Shown here: one piece after another, positions 18,012-24,596 of the stretch | Position numbering within the stretch: position 1 is the first letter of the stretch | How the letters are laid out: the number at the start of each line of letters is the position of its first letter | NCBI GenBank assembly: GCA_963700925.1 | Contig: OY969553.1 | Coordinates: forward strand, 3,417,631-3,481,630 | Length of the DNA: 64,000 bases | From: an uncultured Actinomycetota bacterium | GTDB lineage: Bacteria > Actinomycetota > Actinomycetes > Actinomycetales > CAWJMD01 | Direction: 5' to 3' | The notes under the pieces: generated by a model | Told to the model about the DNA's origin: nothing | Database searches by the model: none | The model's input: only the letters and a program-made list of their open reading frames with translations | Translations under genes and position numbers: made by a program

Positions 18012-18908
18012 CTACGTGGTGATCAGGGATCCTGCCTCGATCACGCCGCCGCTGAGGACGTCGGCTCGCAGGCCGCCGCAGTGGATGAGCGGCCGCAGCA
18101 GGCCCGGCCCTGCAATCCGCTCGAGATGGGCGCAGGGCTCGGCGAGCCGCAGTCCGAGGCAGCGGACATCCCCGATGCTGAACTCGCGACCGACGAGCGC
18201 GTTGACGTCGATGCCCCGGGTCAGGATGTTGCGTCGCGTGCTGCCGAAGTCCAGGTGTGCGTCTCGGGCTGTGAGGTCCTCGACGACCTCTGCGGCGATG
18301 AGCGTCAGTTCGTAGCCGGGGCGCCTGCCGGCGCGGGGGCTGAACGTGCCGGCGTTCGACGCGTAGCGGTCGCCTTCCAGGCCGCGGCCGGCGAGCGCAC
18401 GCGCGCTGGACACCAGCTGCATGGGCGCTGTGGCGGCCGGGGCGATTGCGACCTGCTCGACCCTGCCGGACAGTCCGGTGGGTGCCTCGACAGGGGGCAG
18501 CACGGGGTTCAGCGAGGCGACGGCGAAGGCGTCGTGGATAGGCAGGTCTGCGGTTGCCTGCCCCAGCAGGGCTGGGTCTTGCGGGCTCAGGACGACACCG
18601 GGCGGGGTGCCGAAGGCGAGGGCGGCGGTCTGCTGCTGCGGCCCGTCCGCCAGGGGGCTGTTGCTGCCGTCGACGATGGCGATCCACCAGCCGGCCCACT
18701 GGAACGAGTGGGGTGCGGCGATCGGCACGAGGCCGAAGCCGCGACCGGCCAGCCAGCCTTTCCAGGTGGCGAGTGCGTGGGGCAGCGGCGTTTCTTCGGT
18801 CAGCGGCGGCAGGTCGACCATGGGCACCTCGGTGACCGACGACAGGCACGCGGCGAAGCCGCGCACCAGCGCGCTACCCGGCCCATCTGGTAGACCGATC
18901 TCGATCAT
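18012..18908 (-). CDS. MOSC domain-containing protein with ~150-aa N-terminal extension
   Basis: Track ORF of 298 aa. The C-terminal half is GRGLEGDRYA...RRNILTRGIDVNALVGREFSIGDVRCLGLRLAEPCAHLE, a MOSC beta-barrel with the conserved Cys. I do not recognise the N-terminal ~150 aa. Confidence 0.8.
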   Translation of the reverse strand: MIEIGLPDGPGSALVRGFAACLSSVTEVPMVDLPPLTEETPLPHALATWKGWLAGRGFGLVPIAAPHSFQWAGWWIAIVDGSNSPLADGPQQQTAALAFGTPPGVVLSPQDPALLGQATADLPIHDAFAVASLNPVLPPVEAPTGLSGRVEQVAIAPAATAPMQLVSSARALAGRGLEGDRYASNAGTFSPRAGRRPGYELTLIAAEVVEDLTARDAHLDFGSTRRNILTRGIDVNALVGREFSIGDVRCLGLRLAEPCAHLERIAGPGLLRPLIHCGGLRADVLSGGVIEAGSLITT

Positions 18909-18997
18909 GTCGGCTCCAGTTTAGTCACGGGCATGGCAACGTCGGCTCGCTGAGTCGCGGCGTCGGGCGCGTCTCGGCATCGGCGAGGGTCTCGGGC

Positions 18998-19738
18998 TCA
19001 CGGCTGCCCGCCCGGGCATGCGGGCGGAGCCAGGAGGCGTCGGGCGACGCGGACGTCCGGTCCCAGCCGGGTGACCTGCTCGATCAGCTCGTCGGCCGCG
19101 GCGTTCAGCGCCTGGTCGGTCAGCGGGTGGAGGGCGTCGAGGATGAACAACGCCGAGCTAGTGCCGTCGTGCAGTTGTGTGCGGCGGGCCTGGCGCCAGT
19201 TCCAGCGTCGACAGGTCACGCCGGCGTCGTCGCACCAGACCACCTCGCCGGGGTCGGGGTGCTCGGTCACCGAAGTGCCGTCGGTGACGGTGTCGAAGGG
19301 CTCGGTGCCGGTGGCGCGCAGAAGCCGCGGCGCGCCGGTGTAACGGGTGAGGTCCTCGCCACCGAGGGGGAGCTGGTGCAGGACGGAGACCGCGTTGTAG
19401 ATGTCGGTGAGCCGGTTCACGCGAGGCAGCCCAGACGGGGCACGGCGTAGGAGTGCTTCCAGGCTGTTGCGGGTGCGTTGCGGCTTGGCCCCGAACGCGC
19501 GGTACGTCTCCCGCCACGCCGCCACGTGCGCGAGCTGCTCCACCGCGCGGTTGCCGAGCGCCTCGCCAGCCGCGGTCTCCGCCGCGTGCAGCAGCGCTTC
19601 ACTGTCCTGGTCGCTGGGGCCAGGGACGAGCCCGTCGACTGCCACCAGCATGGCGCGGTAGTCCGGTCGCAGCTCGAACACGGCGGCATCGACACGGCCA
19701 GCCGCCAGGAACTCCTCCAACGAGAACAGCTCAGGCAT
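18998..19738 (-). CDS. B3/B4 (PheT-related) domain-containing protein
   Basis: Track ORF of 246 aa. Signatures are WRETYRAFGAKPQRTRNSLEALLRR...LPRVNRLTDIYNAVSVLHQLPLGGEDL and GEVVWCDDAGVTCRRWNWRQ. Confidence 0.75.
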   Translation of the reverse strand: MPELFSLEEFLAAGRVDAAVFELRPDYRAMLVAVDGLVPGPSDQDSEALLHAAETAAGEALGNRAVEQLAHVAAWRETYRAFGAKPQRTRNSLEALLRRAPSGLPRVNRLTDIYNAVSVLHQLPLGGEDLTRYTGAPRLLRATGTEPFDTVTDGTSVTEHPDPGEVVWCDDAGVTCRRWNWRQARRTQLHDGTSSALFILDALHPLTDQALNAAADELIEQVTRLGPDVRVARRLLAPPACPGGQP

Positions 19739-20336
19739 CCGAGGCCTCCGCGAGGGGGGTCGGTCCGACTCCCGGCTCGAAGACGGCCAACGAGAAGCGG
19801 GCTGGCTGCTTGCCCGGGTTGGCGTAGGCGTGCGCCACGTCGCCCGGGAATGCGACCGCGTCGCCCACGTCGAGTGTGAGCGACTGGTCTGCGACGTCGA
19901 GCGTGATCGTTCCCTGCTGGACTTGTAGGAGCTCTTGCGTGCGCGCGGTGTGGGCCCCGCTCACGTGATGTTCACCAGGGGCCAGGGTCCAGTCCCACAG
20001 CTCCAGCACGTCCGGTGGGAGCGTGCCCGCTACCAGCACCCCCCGTCCACCTGAGTCGCCGGTCCATAGGGCGGCGCCCTCCCCGCGTCGGGTGACTTTG
20101 ACGGGCCTGGGCTCGGGCGGCTCGACCAAGGCCGGCAGCCCTACGCCGAGCGCGTCACTGATCCGAAGCAGCGTTCCTACGCTGGGGTTGGCAGCGCCCT
20201 GTTCGACGTTGACTACCAACCGCCGGCTCACGCCCGCGGCCTGCGCTAAGCGGTCGAGCGTCCAGTGGCGCGCCTGTCGTTCCTGCCTGACCCGGACGCC
20301 GATCGCCGACGCCAGCGCAGAAGTGCCCTCATCCAT
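19731..20336 (-). CDS. XRE-family HTH plus cupin domain transcriptional regulator
   Basis: Track ORF 19731..20354, with the start preferred at ATG 20336 (MDEGTSALASAIG). HTH is RHWTLDRLAQAAGVSRRLVVNVEQGAANPSVGTLLRISDALGV. The C-terminal cupin is GDAVAFPGDVAHAYAN. Confidence 0.85.
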   Translation of the reverse strand: MDEGTSALASAIGVRVRQERQARHWTLDRLAQAAGVSRRLVVNVEQGAANPSVGTLLRISDALGVGLPALVEPPEPRPVKVTRRGEGAALWTGDSGGRGVLVAGTLPPDVLELWDWTLAPGEHHVSGAHTARTQELLQVQQGTITLDVADQSLTLDVGDAVAFPGDVAHAYANPGKQPARFSLAVFEPGVGPTPLAEASDA

Positions 20337-20338
20337 GA

Positions 20339-20365
20339 GTGCAGCATACTGCACCTAGAGTGCAG
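20339..20365. promoter_or_regulatory. candidate operator: GTGCAG-CATA-CTGCAC palindrome plus third GTGCAG half-site
   Basis: A perfect 16-bp palindrome at 20339..20354 lies 3 nt upstream of the XRE-cupin start. A further GTGCAG is at 20360..20365. Confidence 0.4.
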
Positions 20366-20389
20366 CAGGGCCGTACCCGAGCGCGGACG

Positions 20390-21180
20390 TCGCTGCAGAC
20401 CTGGATGGCGCACCTCCTCGATACAGGCAGCGCACCCGGGACGGTGCGGACGCGACGCTTGGCGGTGAGACGGCTCGCAGCCTGGCTCATCGCCACGAGC
20501 AGGCTCCCTGGGGACCCGTTCGTCGGAGTCAAAGGACCCGTGCAGCGCCAAGCCGTGGTCACGCCGCTGACCGACGACGACCTCCGCGCCCTGATCGGGA
20601 CCTGCAGGAACCCCACTCGCCCCCGGTGGCTCGCGAGTCGATGCGTGAGCGTAGCTTCCGGATCGACGAGCCGTTCCATCACCGACGAGACGAAGCCATC
20701 ATCCGGCTGATGATGGAGGCCGGCATCCGCGCCGGCGAGCTCATCGCCCTGCGCACCGATGACCTCGACCTGACCCGCGACAGGATCACCGTCCTGCTTC
20801 GGCAAAGGCGGCCGAAACAGGACCATCCCCGTCGGCCTCGCCACGATCCGGGTGTCCGTGACTACCTCGACCTGCGACAGCAGCACCCAGCCGCCGACGA
20901 TCCAACCCTGTGACTGGGTACCCGGGGAACCCGGTTCGGGTACGACGGCCTCGGCAAGGCGCTGCGCCGCCGCGCCACGCTCGCGGGCATGCACGGCTTC
21001 CACCCGCACAAGCTCCGCCACACCGCAGCCCACCGCTGGCTCGCCGCCGGCGGATCCGAGTCCGGGCTCATGGCCATGGCCGGCTGGACCCGCACCGACA
21101 TGCTCATCCGCCACACCCGCGCCACCGCCGCTGAACGAGCAGCCGCAGAGGCGTTCAGGCTCGACCTGGGAAACCTCTGA
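20390..21180 (+). pseudogene. tyrosine recombinase/integrase pseudogene (5'-truncated, frameshifted, in-frame stop)
   Basis: The homology is spread over three track ORFs. ORF 20339.. gives WMAHLLDTGSAPGTVRTRRLAVRRLAAWL...LTDDDLRALIGTC. ORF 20626.. gives RRDEAIIRLMMEAGIRAGELIALRTDDLDL after a frame change. TGA at 20911 sits where ..LWLG.. is expected. ORF 20989.. gives GFHPHKLRHTAAHRWLAAGGSESGLMAMAGWTRTDMLIRHT, with His where the catalytic Tyr is expected. Confidence 0.8.
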
Positions 21181-21198
21181 CTGCGGACCTGCCGTGTT

Positions 21199-21425
21199 TC
21201 ACCCACCGAGCTGCCGCAGGCGCTCCTGGTCGAGCACGGTGATCCGGCCGCGGCCCAGGGGTGATGAGTCCCTGGTCGGCGAGCTCGCCGAGGATCTTGG
21301 TGGTCGTCTCCCGAGACGTTGCGGCCAGGGCGGCGAGCTGTTCGTGGGTGAGCTTGACCTGGACTCCGCGACCGATGGGCCTTCCGGAGGAGGCGGCGGC
21401 GAGGGTGACGAGGGCGCCGGCGACC
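21199..21425 (-). pseudogene. Crp/Fnr-family regulator C-terminal fragment (frameshifted)
   Basis: Minus-strand reading gives ..SGRPIGRGVQVKLTHEQLAALAATSRETTTKILGELADQGLIT. After a 1-nt frame change it continues LGRGRITVLDQERLRQLGG*. This is only the HTH end of a Crp-type protein, and no cNMP-binding domain lies upstream. Confidence 0.5.
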
Positions 21426-21426
21426 C

Positions 21427-21681
21427 AACGGCTCCAACCTCACAGCCTGGTGCCATCTGCGAGGAGACGACCGGGTCTTCCGCATGGACCGCATCACCCA
21501 CGCCGAGCCGACGCCCGCGCCGCCACACCCCGTCCGCGTCGTCCGGGAACCGGTCGTCGACGGCCACCGGACCAGGCTGCCGGCCTCGGCGTTGCGTCCC
21601 GAAGATCCGGTCGCAAACACCGACACAGGGTTGTCGCGTCCCCTCGAGACAGTCGAAGCAGCTCGCCGACCCGGCGGGTGA
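21427..21681 (+). pseudogene. YafY/WYL-domain regulator C-terminal fragment
   Basis: The frame of track ORF 21484..21681, extended upstream, reads ..LTAWCHLRGDDRVFRMDRITHAEPT... This is the end of a WYL domain. The N-terminal HTH and most of the WYL domain are missing, and the fragment abuts the Crp fragment. Confidence 0.5.
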
Positions 21682-21704
21682 CCCGACCGCAGAAGGAGAC
21701 CGAC

Positions 21705-22094
21705 ATGACCAACCCCGCTCCCGGCGCCCTGGCCTGGTTCGAGGTCGCCACCAGCGACCCCGACGCCGCCGAGAAGTTCTACGGCAGCCTGTTCGACTGG
21801 ACCTTCAACGCCGACGGCCCAGCCGCGTCCGGCGGCATGGACTACCGCAACATCACCGCCTGCGGCGCCGAGCAGCCGATGGGCGGCGTCTTCGGCACCG
21901 GCGGCCAGGTGCCCGACCACGCCGTGTTCTACATCCTGGTCGCCGACGTCGAGGCCACCTGCGCCGACGCCGAGCAGCTCGGCGGCACGGTGTTGAGTAG
22001 GCACCTCGACCCCGGTCCTGGCGCCCCCACGTTCGCCTATCTGCTCGACCCGGCCGGCAACCAGTTCGGCGTCATCACCCCGCCGGCGGCCTGA
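21705..22094 (+). CDS. VOC (glyoxalase/bleomycin-resistance) family protein
   Basis: ATG 21705 follows GAAGGAGA. The sequence MTNPAPGALAWFEVATSDPDAAEKFYGSLFDWTF...FAYLLDPAGNQFGV is in frame with track ORF 21261..22094. Confidence 0.85.
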   Translation: MTNPAPGALAWFEVATSDPDAAEKFYGSLFDWTFNADGPAASGGMDYRNITACGAEQPMGGVFGTGGQVPDHAVFYILVADVEATCADAEQLGGTVLSRHLDPGPGAPTFAYLLDPAGNQFGVITPPAA

Positions 22095-22463
22095 TGACGC
22101 GAGACGTGTCGAGCCCGTTCCCGCCGGAGTCCGGCGGGGACGACGCTCGGGACCTGTACGACGAGCTCACCGACGACCTGCTCTACGACCCTGCCATCGG
22201 CCGAGCCACGATGATGGGCGTACCCCTGCGTGCGACTGGCCGGGAAGTTCCTGGCGTCTTTCGACGACAAGGCCCGGCGCCTGGTCGTGAAGCTGCCGCG
22301 CGAGCGGGTCACCGAGCTTGTCGACAACGGCGACGGCGACCCATTCGCCCCGGCCGGGAAGGTCTTCCGCGAGTGGGTCTCGATCCCGACCGTGAACCGC
22401 GACCTGTGGGCGACCGTCCTCGCTGAGGCGGTTGAGTTCGCACGTCGAGGACTCACGACTTAG
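22094..22463 (+). pseudogene. TfoX-N-like small protein, apparently frameshifted near 22220
   Basis: Frame 1 (22094..) gives MTRDVSS...DDLLYDPAIGRATMMG. The next frame continues YPCVRLAGKFLASFDDKARRLVVKLPRERVTELVDNGDGDPFAPAGKVFREWVSIP... (track ORF 22230..22463). Alternatively only the 77-aa GTG-started ORF is real. Confidence 0.4.
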
Positions 22464-22502
22464 CGCCTCATCCGTCTCCCTCACGGGGCCTCGCGTTCGC
22501 GA

Positions 22503-22949
22503 TCAGAGCGTGATGTCCGCGTTCGGGTCGGAGCCGGGGTCCCCTCCGGTCGCGGCGATCGCGAGCCTGGGGAGGTAGTTCTCCCAGCCCTGGCGGTGGT
22601 GAACCACGGACTCGGGGTCGGGCAGCCCGCGGTGGGTAAGCCGTACGAGGGTGCCATCGTCGGTGGCTTCGAGGGCAACTTCGACGGTGGTGGAGCCGGG
22701 TGGGACCACGGGGTGGTCCTGCCATCCCCAGGTGAACACCAGGCGGCGTGGCGGGTCGAGCTCGACGAACTCGCCCAGTGCCTCGATCCCTTCACGCATG
22801 TGCACCCTGTAGAGGCCGCCCGGGGTGGGGGAGAGGGTGACCTCGGTGCCCATCCACAGCGCGTAGCGGGCGGGGTCGGTGAGGTAGCGCCACACCACCT
22901 CGGGGGGCGCTGCGATGTGCGTGGTCACCTCTAGTGGGGCTGTGCTCAC
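22503..22949 (-). CDS. SRPBCC (AHSA1/START-like) family protein
   Basis: Track ORF 22503..23507 trimmed to GTG 22949, a GTGA overlap with the arsR stop. The sequence reads VSTAPLEVTTHIAAPPEVVWRYLTDPARYALWMG...LVFTWGW. Confidence 0.8.
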   Translation of the reverse strand: MSTAPLEVTTHIAAPPEVVWRYLTDPARYALWMGTEVTLSPTPGGLYRVHMREGIEALGEFVELDPPRRLVFTWGWQDHPVVPPGSTTVEVALEATDDGTLVRLTHRGLPDPESVVHHRQGWENYLPRLAIAATGGDPGSDPNADITL

Positions 22950-23257
22950 TGGTCCTCCTGATTGCCCGGCTCTGCCTCGACCACGGCCTTCAGGTCGTCG
23001 AGCCGGCTCTGCCACATGGATTCGATGACGACACGCAGGTGACCCATCGCCTCCGGGTTGGCACGGTACAGACGCGATCGTCCCTCGCGCCGTTCTGTCA
23101 CGAACCCGGCCGCCTTGAGTACCCCGAGGTGCTGGGAGATCGCCGGCCACGACACGTCGAAGCGGGCCGCGATGTCGCCTGCGGACAGCTCGTCGCGCCA
23201 GATCATCTCGAGGATCTGGCGGCGCCGTTCCACGGCGATGACCTTGAGCGGGTCCAT
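22946..23257 (-). CDS. ArsR/SmtB family transcriptional regulator
   Basis: Track ORF of 103 aa with a winged HTH: RRRQILEMIWRDELSAGDIAARFDVSWPAISQHLGVLKAAGFV. Confidence 0.9.
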   Translation of the reverse strand: MDPLKVIAVERRRQILEMIWRDELSAGDIAARFDVSWPAISQHLGVLKAAGFVTERREGRSRLYRANPEAMGHLRVVIESMWQSRLDDLKAVVEAEPGNQEDQ

Positions 23258-23304
23258 TGCTGCCTTCGTCGATGGGTTGCGTCGTGGTCGGGCGCAAGTC
23301 TATA

Positions 23305-23322
23305 TTTAAGTCACCACTTAAA
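23305..23322. promoter_or_regulatory. candidate ArsR operator TTTAAGT-CACC-ACTTAAA
   Basis: A perfect 7-4-7 inverted repeat sits in the only AT-rich patch of the divergent arsR/SRPBCC intergenic region. Confidence 0.5.
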
Positions 23323-23365
23323 CAATGACCTGCAGCGGCGGGTCGCACAAGAAGAGGAGACACCC

Positions 23366-23791
23366 ATGGACACCACGATCCTGGCGCTGGACGTCGAGGC
23401 CGAGGCCGACAAGCTCGTCGAGATCCTGAGCACGGCCGAGGGCATGCGCTCGGTCTGGACGTCGAACTGCGACGTCGCCGACGGCAGGGCGCGGTTCGGG
23501 TTCGCAATGGCCCCGGTTGACCTGGACTGCACCGTGGAGGTCGTCGATGGCAAGAGCGTCCGCTACACCGTCGAGTCCGGCTTCCCGTTCTGGAACGGTT
23601 CGGTCTTCGAGTGGGACCTCGGTCCCGCGCTGCGTGCCGAGAGCGGCACCAACTTGCTCTTCCGTCACCGTAACTTCGAGGACGGCTACCCAGAGACTGA
23701 CCTGGCCTTCACCAGCCAGACCTGGGCGCTGATCCAGCAGACCATCAAGGCCCACGCCGAGGGCGGCGCCCCGGGCCCGGCCCTCGGCTGA
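23366..23791 (+). CDS. SRPBCC family protein
   Basis: ATG 23366 follows GAAGAGGAGA, in frame with track ORF 22934..23791. The sequence reads MDTTILALDVEAEADKLVEILSTAEGMRSVWTS...FTSQTWALIQQTIKAHAEG. Confidence 0.7.
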   Translation: MDTTILALDVEAEADKLVEILSTAEGMRSVWTSNCDVADGRARFGFAMAPVDLDCTVEVVDGKSVRYTVESGFPFWNGSVFEWDLGPALRAESGTNLLFRHRNFEDGYPETDLAFTSQTWALIQQTIKAHAEGGAPGPALG

Positions 23792-23816
23792 CGGTCACCG
23801 AGGAAGGAGCAGCATC

Positions 23817-24263
23817 GTGAAGATCGACGTGACCACCGAGATCGTCATCGACCGGCCAGTCAGCGAGGTGTCGGCCTACGCGGCCGACCCGGACAACGCG
23901 CCCAGGTGGTACGCCAACATCAAGTCTGTCGAGTGGAAGACCGCACCGCCGATCCAGCAGGGGAGCCTGGTCGCGTTCGTCGCCCAGTTCCTCGGCAAGC
24001 GGCTCGCCTACACCTACGAGATCGCCGAACACAGTCCTGGCCAGCGGCTGGTGATGCGCACCCAGGAGGGCCCGTTCCCGATGGAGACGACGTATACCTG
24101 GGCCGAGGAGTCTCCGAACAGCACCCGGATGAGGCTGCGCAACGCCGGCGAACCTGCCGGGTTCTCCACCGTTGCCGCGCCCGTCATGTCGATGGCGATG
24201 CGGCGTGCGAACCACAAGGACCTGGCCAACCTGAAGGCAATCCTCGAGCTGGCAGCCTCCTAG
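23817..24263 (+). CDS. SRPBCC (polyketide cyclase/dehydrase-like) family protein
   Basis: Track ORF of 148 aa: MKIDVTTEIVIDRPVSEVSAYAADPDNAPRWYANIKSVEW... Confidence 0.8.
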   Translation: MKIDVTTEIVIDRPVSEVSAYAADPDNAPRWYANIKSVEWKTAPPIQQGSLVAFVAQFLGKRLAYTYEIAEHSPGQRLVMRTQEGPFPMETTYTWAEESPNSTRMRLRNAGEPAGFSTVAAPVMSMAMRRANHKDLANLKAILELAAS

Positions 24264-24285
24264 CTGCCACGATGGCGTGGCGGGA

Positions 24286-24306
24286 CCCCCGCTGACGCGC
24301 AGCGGG
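24286..24306 (+). terminator. short GC hairpin after SRPBCC gene
   Basis: CCCCGCTG-ACGCG-CAGCGGGG, an 8-bp stem. Confidence 0.4.
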
Positions 24307-24465
24307 GATTCGAACGGTGTCCATTTAGTGTCCAGATTGGGCCAGTCTTACTCGGTACCGGACGGGTATCCTGAGGCTGGAGGCGAGGGCGAATCCCTCA
24401 TCACACTAAGCGAATCGGTAGTTTCCGGCCCGAGACCGTAGTAGTCGCGATGCCCCTGATGGCTT

Positions 24466-24504
24466 CCAGAGGTCGCAGGTTCAAATCCTGCCCCCGCTAC
24501 CAAA
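24466..24504. repeat. attR-type direct repeat (39 nt copy of tRNA-fMet 3' part)
   Basis: Identical to 16053..16091. No 5' half of a tRNA precedes it. Confidence 0.9.
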
Positions 24505-24506
24505 TG

Positions 24507-24540
24507 TCAGAGGCCCCCAGGCGAATGCCTGGGGCCCCTG
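24507..24540. terminator. GC hairpin, degenerate copy of 16102..16139
   Basis: GTCAGAGGCCCCCAGGC-GAAT-GCCTGGGGCCCCTG. It lies between the tRNA-derived repeat and the convergent E1 gene stop at 24597. Confidence 0.5.
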
Positions 24541-24596
24541 TCGTGTGCATGGCGCAGCCTGCAGAAAACGACCCGGCATCGTCTTGGCAGTGGCGG

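Larger units (their letters stand above)
16092..24504. mobile_element. decayed tRNA-fMet-integrated genomic island (~8.4 kb)
   Basis: It is bounded by the intact tRNA and a perfect 39-nt copy of its 3' part. It contains an IS element, a broken tyrosine integrase, gene fragments and accessory cargo. Confidence 0.7.

Noticed and set aside
20339-20400. MQHTAPRVQQG... as the start of an intact integrase.
   Set aside because: It overlaps the XRE-cupin operator and start region, and integrase homology begins only around 20390. The downstream frames are broken, so the locus was called a pseudogene instead.
24296-24315. tRNA-like GCGGGGATTCGAAC string suggesting a second tRNA or tRNA fragment on the minus strand.
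   Set aside because: The flanks do not form a T-stem (CACCG versus CCCCG), and no acceptor or anticodon arms can be folded. The G-run is part of the 24286..24306 hairpin.
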